Shown here piece by piece: positions 8,228 through 17,982 of a stretch of 51,148 bases of DNA. Source of the stretch: Caulobacterales bacterium (GTDB lineage Bacteria > Pseudomonadota > Alphaproteobacteria > Caulobacterales > Caulobacteraceae); contig DAICXL010000001.1 of the NCBI GenBank assembly GCA_027312185.1, positions 1-51,148 of the forward strand. The letters are read 5' to 3'. Position 1 is the first letter of the stretch; each line of letters begins with the position of its first letter. The notes under the pieces were generated by a model. The model saw nothing but the letters and a program-made list of their open reading frames with translations. It was not told the DNA's origin and made no database searches. The translations under genes and the position numbers were made by a program.

Positions 8228-9061
8228 ATGAAGAGCAGCAGCCCGGCCATCGCCGTCGATCCCATCGGCTCGATGAACGGTGATCGAGAGACCATCGCCG
8301 GTCTCGCTCGCGGCCTGGCGGTGATCCGCGCCTTCAGCAGCGGCGGGCCGTTCTGCACCCTGACCGAGATCGCCAATATCACGGGCCTCAGCCCGGCGGC
8401 CGCTAGGCGCTGCCTGCACACCCTCGAGGCCTTGGGCTACGCCGGGCGGGACGGCCGCCGCTTCTTCCTGCGCCCCCGGGTGCTCGACCTCAGCTCCGCC
8501 TACCTCGACAGCGTCAACGGAGAGACCCTGGCGCGCGAGTACCTGCAGGAGGTGGCGTCGAGCAGCGGCCACTCCTCATCCCTGGCCGTGCTCGACGGCG
8601 GCGAGGTGCTCTATCTGGCCCGGGTCGGCGCGCGGCGGATCGTGCGGCTCGAGGCGGGGGTCGGCACGCGTTACCCCGCCTATCCGACCAGCATGGGCCG
8701 GGCGCTCCTGGCCGGCCTGGCGCCGCCGGAACTCGCCGACTACCTGCGCGACACCAAGTTCGAGCGCCTGACCCGCCGCACCGTGGTCGAGCGCTCGATG
8801 CTGGCGGAGCTGATCCGCGTAACCGGTGAGAACGGCTATTCCATTGTCGCGGACGAACTGGCCGTCGGGGTGACGGCCCTGGCCGTCCCCGTCTATGACG
8901 CCAAGGGCGCCGTGGTGGCCGCGATCAACTGCTCGGCGCAGAGCGGCGACGTCACCGAACACGGCATGAAGGACTATATTCCCCTGGTCCGGGACGTAGC
9001 CCAGCGCATCTCGAAAGCCCTGCTGCATTTCCCGGGTCTGACCCCAGTCACATTGACCTGA
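8228..9061 (+). CDS. IclR family transcriptional regulator (PcaR/PobR-like)
   Basis: LARGLAVIRAF...TLTEIANITGLSPAAARRCLHTLEALGY is the wHTH. The C-terminal effector domain carries VGVTALAVPVYD. Confidence 0.85.
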   Translation: MKSSSPAIAVDPIGSMNGDRETIAGLARGLAVIRAFSSGGPFCTLTEIANITGLSPAAARRCLHTLEALGYAGRDGRRFFLRPRVLDLSSAYLDSVNGETLAREYLQEVASSSGHSSSLAVLDGGEVLYLARVGARRIVRLEAGVGTRYPAYPTSMGRALLAGLAPPELADYLRDTKFERLTRRTVVERSMLAELIRVTGENGYSIVADELAVGVTALAVPVYDAKGAVVAAINCSAQSGDVTEHGMKDYIPLVRDVAQRISKALLHFPGLTPVTLT

Positions 9062-9185
9062 GATGCTGCTATTCGGGACGCCCGGGCGGAGTTCGCCCGC
9101 CGCCCCACGCTTTCGTTATACGAAGCAATATGCGATTATCGAATTCTACGACGCCCGGCCACGCCGGGACAGGTGGGGGGAGACA

Positions 9186-10202
9186 ATGAAGAATTCCGCG
9201 CGCCGGACGGCGTTGCTTTGTCTGGTCGCGACATCGGCCGCCGCCCTGGCTTCCGGGGCCGCTGCGCAGCTCCTGCCGGGTGAACGCGCCGCCGATGTCC
9301 AGGCCATAAGCGATGTCGTAGCCGCTGGCGCCAAGTGGGAAACGGTCCGCGCCGGCTTCGCCGCCGCCGACGGCATCGTCGGCACGCCCGACGGCGGCCT
9401 GTTGTTCGGTGAGGAACAGAGCCAGAGCATCCGCCGCCTCGACGCGGCCGGCAAGGAAACCGTGGTCCTCACCGACAAGGCGGGCGCGCCGAGCGCCGTC
9501 TCCCTCGACGCCAAGGGCCGGCTCTACGCCGTCATGCGGACCTGCACCGATCCCGGCCTGCGCATGGGCGTCGCCTGCACCGAGCGCACCTCGGTGCGGC
9601 AGATTTCGCCCGACATGCGCCTGCTGGCGAGCAGTTTCGCCGACGGCCGGCCGCTGGGCCGCCTGAACGACCTCATCGCCGACGGCAAGGGCGGCGCCTA
9701 CTTCACCGTGGGCGGCGCCTATTACGTCAACGCCGATGGCGTGGTCAGCGTCGTCGCCGAACAGGGGACCATCGCCTCCAACGGCATCATGCTGAGCCCG
9801 GACGGCAAGACCCTCTACGTCACCAACAACACCGACGTGCAGGCCTTTGACGTCCAGGCGGACGGCACGACCCGCAACCGCCGCACCTTCGGAGCCTTGA
9901 ACGGGGATAACGGCGGCGACGGCATGGCCATCGACTCCACCGGCCGGCTCTACATCACCGGGAACCTCGGGGTGCATGTGCTGTCGCCACGGGGCGAACA
10001 CCTGGGGATGATCCCCACCCTGCGCCGCGCCATCACCGTCGCCTTCTCCGGACCGGGCAAGAAGAGCCTGTTCGTCTCCGAACTCGGCGTCGTCGGCCCC
10101 GACGGCAAGAACTGGACGACGCCGGAAGGCGTCCGCAACACCGCCACCACCATCCGCAAGCTGCCCATGGTCGCCCAGGGCTTCATGGGCCGGCCGAAAT
10201 AG
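9186..10202 (+). CDS. Exported SMP-30/gluconolactonase/LRE-like beta-propeller protein
   Basis: ATG 9186 follows GGGGGGAG. Signal peptide MKNSARRTALLCLVATSAAALASGAAAQ. Repeated propeller strands (PDGGLLF, GRLYAV, GGAYFT, PDGKTLYV, GRLYITG). The longer ORF start at 9063 lacks an RBS and a signal peptide. Confidence 0.8.
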   Translation: MKNSARRTALLCLVATSAAALASGAAAQLLPGERAADVQAISDVVAAGAKWETVRAGFAAADGIVGTPDGGLLFGEEQSQSIRRLDAAGKETVVLTDKAGAPSAVSLDAKGRLYAVMRTCTDPGLRMGVACTERTSVRQISPDMRLLASSFADGRPLGRLNDLIADGKGGAYFTVGGAYYVNADGVVSVVAEQGTIASNGIMLSPDGKTLYVTNNTDVQAFDVQADGTTRNRRTFGALNGDNGGDGMAIDSTGRLYITGNLGVHVLSPRGEHLGMIPTLRRAITVAFSGPGKKSLFVSELGVVGPDGKNWTTPEGVRNTATTIRKLPMVAQGFMGRPK

Positions 10203-10242
10203 GCCGGCGCACCCCATCAGACGACAACGGAGACCACACACA

Positions 10243-10671
10243 ATGTTCAAGGACGTGACCCCCCGCCCGATCGCGGCGATCCTGGAATCCCAAGCCCTCT
10301 GGATTCTCGCCCGCGTGCTGATCACCTTCATGTTCTGGTGGGAAGGCCTGCAGTTCCTCCTCAACTTCGGCGCCGTCGCCGCCGGCATCAACGTCCTGGG
10401 CCTGCAGCCCGTGTGGCTGGGCCCGGCGATCACCATCGCCATGATGATCGGCGGCTCGATCCTGATCCTCCTCGATCGCTACGTCTGGATCGGCGTCGGC
10501 ATGCTCGCCGTCTTCACCGCCATGACCATCCCGACCGTGCACCCATTCTGGGCCATGGAAGGCGCGGACCGGATCGCGAACTGGCAGAAGGCCGAAGAGC
10601 ACGTCGCCACCATCGGCGGCCTGATCTCCCTGGCGATCATCTCGCAGCTGCGCCGCCGCCCCGTCGTCTAG
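10243..10671 (+). CDS. DoxX-like small integral membrane protein
   Basis: 142 aa with 4 hydrophobic helices. WILARVLITFMFWWEGLQ is typical of DoxX-type proteins. Confidence 0.6.
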   Translation: MFKDVTPRPIAAILESQALWILARVLITFMFWWEGLQFLLNFGAVAAGINVLGLQPVWLGPAITIAMMIGGSILILLDRYVWIGVGMLAVFTAMTIPTVHPFWAMEGADRIANWQKAEEHVATIGGLISLAIISQLRRRPVV

Positions 10672-10692
10672 GCCGAGCCGCAGCGCACAAAC

Positions 10693-10735
10693 AAAAACCC
10701 CGGCGGCCGATCTGGCCGCCGGGGTTTTCTTTTGG
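10693..10735. terminator. Bidirectional rho-independent terminator
   Basis: aaaaaCCCCGGCGGCCgatctGGCCGCCGGGGttttctttt has an 11-bp perfect GC stem flanked by an A-run and a T-run. It lies between convergent stops 10671 (+) and 10751 (-). Confidence 0.75.
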
Positions 10736-10750
10736 CCGTAAGGCCCAGTG

Positions 10751-12247
10751 CTACCAGAACATCTCGCGCTCGATGCCGGCCCGCTGGAACAGGGCGTCGC
10801 GGCTGGCGATCAGCTGGCGGCGCAGCGAGGGCAGATCGACGTCGAGAAGCTGGCCGTCCCACTTGCGGAACTTGCCGGCCACCATGACGGCGTCGACGTT
10901 GGAGCGCTCCATCAGGGTGACCACCGCGCCCGCCACGTGGTTCAGCGGGGTGACGTTGATCGCCGTCGCGTCGAGGATCAGCAGGTCGGCTTCCTTGCCC
11001 GGGGTGATCGAGCCGACCTTCTTGTCGAGCTTCAGGCCCTTGGCGCCTTCCAGCGTCGCGAACCGCAGCACGTCCTTGCAGGTCAGCATTTCCTGGGTAT
11101 CGGACGCGCCGCCCAGGCAGGCCTCGTTGATCGCCATGCGCTGCAGCGTCAGGGTCGTGCGCATCTGGGTGAACAGGTCCGCCGTCATGGTGCATTCCAC
11201 GTCGGTGGACAGGGACGGCTGCATCCCCATGTCCAGGCACTTCTGGATCGGCGGCATGCCATGGCGCATGCCCATCTCGATCGGCACCGACAGGGACACG
11301 TGGCTGCCGGCGTCGGCCGCCGCTTTCCACGCCATGTCGCTCATGCCGGTCATGTGGATGAAGATGTTGTCAGGGCCGAACTTGCCGGCCTTGGCCAGTT
11401 CGTCGAAGGTCGCCTGCATGCCGAAGGTGCCCACCACGTGCAGGGCGATCGGCAGGTCCAGCTCGCGGCCGATCTTCCACGACTCTTCGGCCCACGGCAG
11501 ATAGATCTCGCCGCCCATGACCATGGTGGTGAGCTGGTCGTCGCTGGAGAAGTACTGCGACTTCAGCCGGCGCGCATCGCCCGGATAGCTGACCTTGTCG
11601 AAGCCGCCTTCGAAGTAGCCGAACACGCCCCGACGGCCGGCGTCGACGAGGCCCTTGTAGGCCGCGTCGGAGTGCTCGGGCGTGTGGTGGATCTGCGAGA
11701 CGTCCAGCACGGTGGTGACGCCGGCGTCGAGCTGCGACAGGCCGCCGACCAGCTCGCTGATGTAGATGTCGTTGGGATCGTAGACCGGAGCGAATTTCTG
11801 CAGCACGTGCTCGTAGTAGTTGATGCGGCCGTGCGGCTTGCCGTCGTTGATCAGGATGCTGTCGGCCAGGAAGCCGCGCAGCGCCGTCTCGAACTGGTGG
11901 TGGTGGGTGTCGATGAAGCCCGGGGTGACGATCATCCCCTCGGCGTCGACCACAGTGGCGTCGCCGGCCTCGAGGTTGGGGCCGACCGCCTTGATCAGCT
12001 TGCCCTCGATGAGGATGTCGGCCTTCTCGAAGTCGCCGACGGCGGGGTCCATCGACAGGATGGAGGCGCCGCGGATCAGGATCCGGCGGCCGTCGGTCCC
12101 GCTGCCCTGGGGCATGACCTTGCCGGCCGGGCGGGATTGGCCGCCGCCGGCTTCAGAACCGGAAGACACGGAAGCTACCATCGGCTGGTAGCCGCCGAAC
12201 GAACCGCGGGCGGCCCCCGCGCGACGCTGGTCGCAGACGATGCACAT
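10751..12247 (-). CDS. Amidohydrolase superfamily protein (TRZ/ATZ or cytosine/guanine deaminase-like metal hydrolase)
   Basis: PGFIDTHHHQ metal motif, later HV..H and STDVE motifs, GSITPGKEADLLILD near the C-terminus. AGGGA lies 9 nt before ATG 12247. Internal ATGs at 12181 and 12115 are alternative starts. Confidence 0.8.
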   Translation of the reverse strand: MCIVCDQRRAGAARGSFGGYQPMVASVSSGSEAGGGQSRPAGKVMPQGSGTDGRRILIRGASILSMDPAVGDFEKADILIEGKLIKAVGPNLEAGDATVVDAEGMIVTPGFIDTHHHQFETALRGFLADSILINDGKPHGRINYYEHVLQKFAPVYDPNDIYISELVGGLSQLDAGVTTVLDVSQIHHTPEHSDAAYKGLVDAGRRGVFGYFEGGFDKVSYPGDARRLKSQYFSSDDQLTTMVMGGEIYLPWAEESWKIGRELDLPIALHVVGTFGMQATFDELAKAGKFGPDNIFIHMTGMSDMAWKAAADAGSHVSLSVPIEMGMRHGMPPIQKCLDMGMQPSLSTDVECTMTADLFTQMRTTLTLQRMAINEACLGGASDTQEMLTCKDVLRFATLEGAKGLKLDKKVGSITPGKEADLLILDATAINVTPLNHVAGAVVTLMERSNVDAVMVAGKFRKWDGQLLDVDLPSLRRQLIASRDALFQRAGIEREMFW

Positions 12248-12271
12248 GGCGTTTGATCCCTAGAGCTGTTT

Positions 12272-12314
12272 TGAAAAAAGAAGAGGCGCGCCCGGGATTG
12301 CCCGCGCGCGCCTC
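12272..12314 (-). terminator. Rho-independent terminator after the SDR gene (minus strand)
   Basis: Minus-strand GAGGCGCGC-gCGGGcaatCCCGg-GCGCGCCUC followed by UUCUUUUUU. Confidence 0.55.
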
Positions 12315-12341
12315 GCTATAGTCAGGTTCGGCAGGCCGCAA

Positions 12342-13049
12342 TCACTTCAGCAGCCAGCCGCCGTCGATGTTCAGGTTGACGCCGTTGACGCCCTGATTGT
12401 CGAGCATGAACAGGATCGCGCCCGTCACGTCGGCGGTCGTGCAAAGGCGGTTGATCGGCGTGCGCGCGATCAGGCCGTTCAGGAATTCGTCCGGCTTGCC
12501 GCTCCAGGTGTCGGTGTCGCCGATGATGCCCGGGTGGATCGCATTGACGCGGACCGGGCCCATTTCCACCGCCAGGGTGTGGACCATGCCCTGCACGCCG
12601 CCGTTCACCGTCGAGACGGTGGTCGAGCCGACGTAGGGGCGCTCCTTGGCCAGACCGCCCAGCAGCACGATCGACGCGTCGTCGGTGTAGCGGCCGATCA
12701 GGGTGTGGACGACCTCGGCGTAACCCACGAGCTTGAGGGTCACCAGGCGCAGGGCCTTGGCCTTGTCGTAGGTCTGGATCTGGTTCGAGTCGCGCTCGAT
12801 GGCCGAGATGACCACCTTGTCGATCTTGCCGATCCCCTTCAGCGCCGGCTCGATGCAGTCCGGATCGGACAGGTCGAGCGCGATCGCCTTGACGTTGCCC
12901 GGGATCGAGTCCGCCACCGCCTGGGTGCGGGCCTGGTCGCGGCCGGTGATGTAGACGAGTTGCCCGCGGGCGGCGAGCGCCTCGGCGACGGCCTTGCCGA
13001 TGCCGGAAGTGCCGCCGACGACGAGGGCGCAGGTGTCCTGGTTAGCCAT
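12342..13049 (-). CDS. Short-chain dehydrogenase/reductase (SDR) family oxidoreductase
   Basis: ALVVGGTSGIGKAVAEAL matches TGxxxGIG. The IHPG motif is in NAIHPGII. Length is 235 aa. Confidence 0.85.
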   Translation of the reverse strand: MANQDTCALVVGGTSGIGKAVAEALAARGQLVYITGRDQARTQAVADSIPGNVKAIALDLSDPDCIEPALKGIGKIDKVVISAIERDSNQIQTYDKAKALRLVTLKLVGYAEVVHTLIGRYTDDASIVLLGGLAKERPYVGSTTVSTVNGGVQGMVHTLAVEMGPVRVNAIHPGIIGDTDTWSGKPDEFLNGLIARTPINRLCTTADVTGAILFMLDNQGVNGVNLNIDGGWLLK

Positions 13050-13070
13050 GGATGCTCTTTCTCTGGCGTC

Positions 13071-13985
13071 TTAGGCGGGGACCGGCGCGCCCGCCGAGAC
13101 GGTCTCGGCGAGGTAGTCCCAGTCACGGCTGAAGCGGTAGGAGTGCTGCAGGGGCGGAGCCGGCGAGGCGGTCTCCAGCCAACGCACCTTCTGGCCCTTG
13201 CGCTCGTAGAAGGCGTGCACGCAGCCGACGCCGGCCCACATGATGTCGCCAGCGGTCGCTTCGTACTTCACGCCGTCGGCGATGAACTCAACATCGCCGC
13301 TGAGCATCATATAGGCTTCTTCCAGCGGGTGATCGTGGGGGTGAGCCACGGCGCCCGGCTGGTAGTCGACCATGAACATGGTGGACTGGCTGGCGCCCAT
13401 GCGGCCATCGACCAGCATCTTCACCGCGATGCCGCTATAGGCCAGCACGGCGGTGGCCATCGAGGCCGAAACCGTCGGGGCGTTGACGCGCGAACCGGCC
13501 TTCAGCTTGTCGAGGTCGATGTCCTCGTCGCGCATGCGGAACAGGTGGCGCGAGCGGGGGTCGCGGATGTCGAGTTCCTCGACCTTCAGGTCCGGAGTCT
13601 CGCCGACGAAGAAGGTGTCGGGACCGGCGATGCTGTCGACGGGGCGGGGCCGCGGGGTCAGGTTCTCGATCCACTTCGAGGTGCCCTCGCCGCTACCCTT
13701 CCAGGCGTGCGGGACGCCGGTCAGGATCACGCCGCAGGCGCCCGGAACCAGGCGGACAGCACGGCCTTCGGTGATCAGGATCGGATTGCCTTCGGTGACG
13801 TAGAAGGTCTCTTCGTACGACTGCACCCGCATGTCGATGTGGCCGTCGGCGTCGAGTTCGCAGATGCCGATGTCGGTGTGGACGGCGGTGCCGTCGGGAA
13901 GGGCCTTGAAGCGGCGATAGCCCTTGGAGTGACCAACGTACTCGGGAACCGGCTTCACATCTTGGGCGCGGACGAAAACGTGCAT
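13071..13985 (-). CDS. Bicupin protein (two cupin barrels; dioxygenase/isomerase-like)
   Basis: Two cupin-like modules: ETFYVTEGNPILITEGRAVRLVPGACGVILTGVPHAW and GAVAHPHDHPLEEAYMMLSGDVEFIADGVKYEATAGDIMWAGVGCVHAF. The second has the H-x-H...E...H metal pattern. GAGG RBS is present. Confidence 0.7.
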   Translation of the reverse strand: MHVFVRAQDVKPVPEYVGHSKGYRRFKALPDGTAVHTDIGICELDADGHIDMRVQSYEETFYVTEGNPILITEGRAVRLVPGACGVILTGVPHAWKGSGEGTSKWIENLTPRPRPVDSIAGPDTFFVGETPDLKVEELDIRDPRSRHLFRMRDEDIDLDKLKAGSRVNAPTVSASMATAVLAYSGIAVKMLVDGRMGASQSTMFMVDYQPGAVAHPHDHPLEEAYMMLSGDVEFIADGVKYEATAGDIMWAGVGCVHAFYERKGQKVRWLETASPAPPLQHSYRFSRDWDYLAETVSAGAPVPA

Positions 13986-14068
13986 GATAAGCCTCGATCT
14001 AAAATGTCGGTTGTGATCTATCGGCGGGGGCGTTTAGTGTCAATGAACAACCAGGGATTGGGCGACCA

Positions 14069-14683
14069 ATGGCTGCGGACGGCGCGGCGCCAGCTTTAGG
14101 TAGGGATTTAGGCCCGCGGCTCAACGCCGCGCGCATGCAAGCCGGTGTCGGGCTCCGCGCCTTGGCCCGGCAGATCGGCGTCTCTCCCGCCTTGATATCG
14201 CAAATCGAGAGCGGACGCACGGCGCCATCGGTGTCGACCCTCTACGCGATCGCGACGGCGCTCAACCTGTCGTTCGACTATCTCTTCCGCGGCGAGAGTC
14301 CGGCCGGGGACCGGGCGACCCCGGGCCCGGCGAAGGTCCAGCACGCTCACGAGCGGCCCACGGTGCGGCTGGCCTCCGGGGTGCGCTGGGAGCGCCTGAC
14401 CTGGACGGTGCGCAACGACTTCGAGTTCCTGCATGTGGTCTACGAGGTCGGCAGCGCCTCGTGCGAAGAGGGCGTGCTGCTGCAGCATGGCGGCGAGGAA
14501 TACGCCTATGTCCTGTCGGGGCGGTTGGGCCTCATCATCGGCTCGGACCATTACGAGCTCGGCGCGGGCGACTCCCTGAGTTTCGACGCCAGCACGCCGC
14601 ACCGGATCTGGAACGCCGACGACCATCCCGCCTTGGCCATCTGGGCCGTACTGCAGCGACGGTTCGATGAACGCGCAGGCTGA
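14069..14683 (+). CDS. XRE-family HTH regulator with C-terminal cupin sensor domain
   Basis: LGPRLNAARMQAGVGLRALARQIGVSPALISQIESGRTAPSVSTLYAIATAL is the HTH_3 motif. Cupin module: EEYAYVLSGRLGLIIGSDHYELGAGDSLSFDASTPHRIWN. It is divergent from the cupin-SDR-amidohydrolase genes. Confidence 0.8.
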   Translation: MAADGAAPALGRDLGPRLNAARMQAGVGLRALARQIGVSPALISQIESGRTAPSVSTLYAIATALNLSFDYLFRGESPAGDRATPGPAKVQHAHERPTVRLASGVRWERLTWTVRNDFEFLHVVYEVGSASCEEGVLLQHGGEEYAYVLSGRLGLIIGSDHYELGAGDSLSFDASTPHRIWNADDHPALAIWAVLQRRFDERAG

Positions 14684-14787
14684 GCGCGAGCTGTTCGGTG
14701 TGCGAAAACCGTATTGAATTTCGTCTTTGCCGGCACGCCTTGAGGCGGGGCGCCCGAGGCGGCCTCTCCTGCGGCGGCAAGGTAGGT

Positions 14788-14803
14788 ATTTCCCACTGGA
14801 AAT
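14788..14803. promoter_or_regulatory. Candidate operator: perfect inverted repeat ATTTCC-cact-GGAAAT
   Basis: A 16-bp dyad in the AT-richer 334-bp spacer upstream of CDS 15018. Confidence 0.25.
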
Positions 14804-15017
14804 GTGTCTCCTGAGAAATGCACTTCCCGGCCACGATTCCGGCTTGATAGTCGGGGATATTCTTCGATAAACGGCGCCTGGGTTCGTATATCGAAAACGG
14901 CGGCAGCCGGCCGCAGGCAATGGCCGCCGTGCCGGCCGCGTCTGGGCGCGCGGAGTTTCGCCGCCCTGCGGCGACGGTCCGATAGAACGAGACTTTAGTG
15001 GATAGGAAACCGCCTGA

Positions 15018-16358
15018 ATGAAGACCCTGTCGTCCGCCCTGGCCAGCGCGATGCTGATCGCCCTCAGCCTGGCGCCCATGACGGTCGCGGCCCAGCAGCC
15101 CGCGCAAGCGGCTCAGGCTGGAGGCGCGGGCGCCGGCGGCTTGACGCCTGGTCCTCTTCCGCCCTTCGTCGGCCCGCCGGCGGGCGTGCAGCCCCTGGCC
15201 GTCGACCTGTTCACCACCAAGAACTTCTACAAGGACGAGGCGTCCTGGTCGGACCCGCGATACTATCGCTGCAACACGCCCCGTGAACTGGTCGAGTCGA
15301 TCTGGGAGACGGGCCGCATCGGCGCGAACCCGCCGACCTCCGCCTCGTGGAGCGACTGCAAGAACGACATCCCGCGCGAGAAGATCGTCAGCCCCTACCC
15401 GTACAAGACGGCCAAGGAGCACTACGACGCCCTGATGGCCGACGCCAAGACCCGCGGCGGCCCGACGGCCTACACCAAGGCGACGACCCCCGACTGGGAC
15501 GGCTTCTATCGCCGCGACCTGCAGGCCAGCGACACCCCCGGCGTCATCGCCCCGGACCGCAAGCCCCGGGTCGCGGGCCAGCCTGTCCGCTTCCCCGGCG
15601 AGCGCTGGTTCTGGGGCGGCATCACCCAGGCCCCCACGGTCCTGTCGGTCATGACCCCGGAGTACCAGAAGCGCTTCGTGCAGATGATGTACCACGAGGC
15701 CATCAGCCGCTCTCACCAGTGGCCGACGACCTTCTGCCATGCCGAGGGCTTCATCCGCTGGTGGGCCTGGCCGTCGCGGGGCGACCAGTTCCAGCTGACG
15801 GTCAACCAGAACCAGGTCCAGTTCCTGTCCGGCGTCGCCGACAACTTCATCCGTCAGGTGCTGATCGGCAAGAGCCACGTCCAGAAGGTGCCGCAGTGGT
15901 ACGGCGAGACCGTCGGCTTCTGGGACGGCGAGAAGCTGATCGCCTGGACCGCCAACGTGCAGCCCTGGACCCAGCACACCATGGGCGAGTGGAGCGGCAA
16001 GCTCGAGGCGATCGAGACCTTCACCCCCATCAAGGACGCGGCCGGCAAGTTCATCGGCCTGGACCAGGAGGTCGTGTTCTATGACCCGGAGGTCTACACC
16101 CAGCCCGTCCGCATCCACGACCGCTTCCTGCGGCGCGCAACCCTCGATGACCCGAACGAGCGCTACACGGTCATCGAGTGCCTCTCCAACATCGCCAACG
16201 TCAACGGTCACCCGACCCAGCTGACCAAGGCTGATCCGCGTTACGTCGACTACTACGGCCGCCCGTGGGTTCAGGTGTGGGAAGAGAATTTCGAAAAGGG
16301 CTGGGACAAGCCCGAGAGCAGTGCGGCTCCGACCGACGTGCTCGATCTGTTCAAGTAG
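15018..16358 (+). CDS. Secreted protein of unknown function (shares a domain with CDS 35760-37301)
   Basis: Sec signal [26 protein letters not shown] and AGGAAA RBS. No enzyme motif recognised. The C-terminal half is similar to both repeats of the 513-aa protein at 35760. Confidence 0.6.
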   Translation: MKTLSSALASAMLIALSLAPMTVAAQQPAQAAQAGGAGAGGLTPGPLPPFVGPPAGVQPLAVDLFTTKNFYKDEASWSDPRYYRCNTPRELVESIWETGRIGANPPTSASWSDCKNDIPREKIVSPYPYKTAKEHYDALMADAKTRGGPTAYTKATTPDWDGFYRRDLQASDTPGVIAPDRKPRVAGQPVRFPGERWFWGGITQAPTVLSVMTPEYQKRFVQMMYHEAISRSHQWPTTFCHAEGFIRWWAWPSRGDQFQLTVNQNQVQFLSGVADNFIRQVLIGKSHVQKVPQWYGETVGFWDGEKLIAWTANVQPWTQHTMGEWSGKLEAIETFTPIKDAAGKFIGLDQEVVFYDPEVYTQPVRIHDRFLRRATLDDPNERYTVIECLSNIANVNGHPTQLTKADPRYVDYYGRPWVQVWEENFEKGWDKPESSAAPTDVLDLFK

Positions 16359-16440
16359 CGTTCAGTTCAGTTGGTACATACGTACATGGCGGCCCCAACC
16401 AACAAGAGGCCGAAGCCGCCGCTCCAAGGAGGATACAGGC

Positions 16441-16917
16441 ATGACTAAGCAGATTAAAGGTTGGGCGATCGCAGGCGCCGTTGCAGCAGCCGCTCTCGGC
16501 GTCGCCGCCGGCCCCGCCCTGGCGCACCACTCGTTCGCCATGTTCGACCAGACCAAGACCGTCACCCTGACCGGCGTGACCTACCAGTTCGTGGCCCAGG
16601 CCAACCACGCCGAGCTGCACTTCTACGTGCTCGGCCCCGACGGCAAGCTGGCCAAGGGCAAGGACGGCAAGAACGTCGACTACGGCATCGAGATGGCCGG
16701 CGCCGCCGCGGTCGCCCAGCAGGGCATCACCGCCGCCACCTTCCCGGCCGGCACCATCTTCTCGGTGAAGGTCAACCCGATGCGCGACGGCTCGAACTTC
16801 GGCTCGCGCGCCGGCGGCACCGCCCTGGTCAAGTGCCCCTGGAAGAAGCCCCCGGCTCCGGGCAAGGCCTGCGACACCGTCGCGGGCAGCGAGAAGCTCG
16901 GCGGGACCACCTTCTAG
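16441..16917 (+). CDS. Small secreted protein, DUF6152-like; the mature N-terminus is predicted to be His-His
   Basis: AAGGAGGA RBS lies before ATG 16441. Signal peptide ends ALA|HHSFAMFD (HH codons 16525-16530). The pattern HHSFAMFD...TLTG...NH...PMRDG matches my recollection of the DUF6152 signature. Confidence 0.6.
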   Translation: MTKQIKGWAIAGAVAAAALGVAAGPALAHHSFAMFDQTKTVTLTGVTYQFVAQANHAELHFYVLGPDGKLAKGKDGKNVDYGIEMAGAAAVAQQGITAATFPAGTIFSVKVNPMRDGSNFGSRAGGTALVKCPWKKPPAPGKACDTVAGSEKLGGTTF

Positions 16918-16937
16918 TCTGAAGGCCCGGACTGACG

Positions 16938-16980
16938 ACAAAGCGGCGGCGCGAACACTCGCGCCGCCGCTTTTGTTTGT
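16938..16980. terminator. Bidirectional rho-independent terminator
   Basis: acaaAGCGGCGGCGCGaacactCGCGCCGCCGCTtttgtttgt has a 12-bp perfect stem. It lies between stop 16917 (+) and stop 16983 (-). Confidence 0.75.
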
Positions 16981-16982
16981 CC

Positions 16983-17942
16983 TTACTGGGCCTTGTGCAC
17001 AACCGCCGCCTCCGGGGCGCTGAGGCCGAACGCCCCCTGGTCGCTCTCGCACCAGGACTGAAGGGCCGAGGCCATGCGCCAGGCCGGATCGGTCGGCGGC
17101 TCCGACTTGCGGGTGACCGCGTGCCAGTCGACATACAGCCCCTTGCGGGTGACCTTGGCCGAGGCCAGCACGCCTGAGCGCAGGTACTGGCTGACCGCCC
17201 AGCGCGACAGGATGCTGATCCCGAACCCCGCCGCCACCAGCTCGACGATGGCCTCGGTCAGCTCCACCTTCAGCAGCTTGCGATAGGTCACGTGCGCCGG
17301 CTTCAGGAAGCTGTCGTACTCGTGGCCCTTCTCTGCGACGTCGCTGTACGAGATATAGACCTGGTCGGCGAGATCCTGGGCGACCACGAAGGGCTTGGCG
17401 GCCAGCGGGTGATCCGGCGCCATGATCAGGATCAGCTCGTCGCGGAACAGGATCAGCGAGCGCGTCGCCGACTTGGCGGGCTTGCCCGATGTCACGGCGA
17501 TGTCGAGGTGGCGGTCGGTCAGGGCGGTCAGCGGTCGCTGGGTGGCGTCCGCCACCACCTCGATGTCGATGTCAGGATCGCTCTCCTGGAAGGCTCGCAT
17601 GAAGCGCGGCAGCCAGCGGTAGGCGCTGTAGGCCCCGCACCCGATCCGCACCACGTGACGCATCCCCTCCCCCGGGTTCTCCACCGCCCGCTCGGCCCGC
17701 TCCAGCTGGGCCAGGATGCGGCCGGCCTCTTCGTTGAGAATCTGCGCCGCCGGGGTCATCTGCATCTGCTTGTTCCCCTGCACGAAGAGGTCGAGCCCGA
17801 GCCGCCGCTCGGCCTCGCGGATCTGATGGCTCAGGGCCGACTGGGTCAGGTTCAGCAGGGCGGCCGATCGGGTGACGCTGCCGGTCAGGGCCATGGCCTG
17901 CAGCATGCGCAGGTGGCGCATCTCGAGCTTAGGCGGGCGCAT
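16983..17942 (-). CDS. LysR family transcriptional regulator
   Basis: MRHLRMLQAMALTGSVTRSAALLNLTQSALSHQIREAERRLGLDLF is the LysR wHTH. 319 aa. AGGAG RBS is present. Confidence 0.85.
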   Translation of the reverse strand: MRPPKLEMRHLRMLQAMALTGSVTRSAALLNLTQSALSHQIREAERRLGLDLFVQGNKQMQMTPAAQILNEEAGRILAQLERAERAVENPGEGMRHVVRIGCGAYSAYRWLPRFMRAFQESDPDIDIEVVADATQRPLTALTDRHLDIAVTSGKPAKSATRSLILFRDELILIMAPDHPLAAKPFVVAQDLADQVYISYSDVAEKGHEYDSFLKPAHVTYRKLLKVELTEAIVELVAAGFGISILSRWAVSQYLRSGVLASAKVTRKGLYVDWHAVTRKSEPPTDPAWRMASALQSWCESDQGAFGLSAPEAAVVHKAQ

Positions 17943-17982
17943 GGGCGCTCCTATGAACAGCTTTCATGGATCGTCTGAAACT

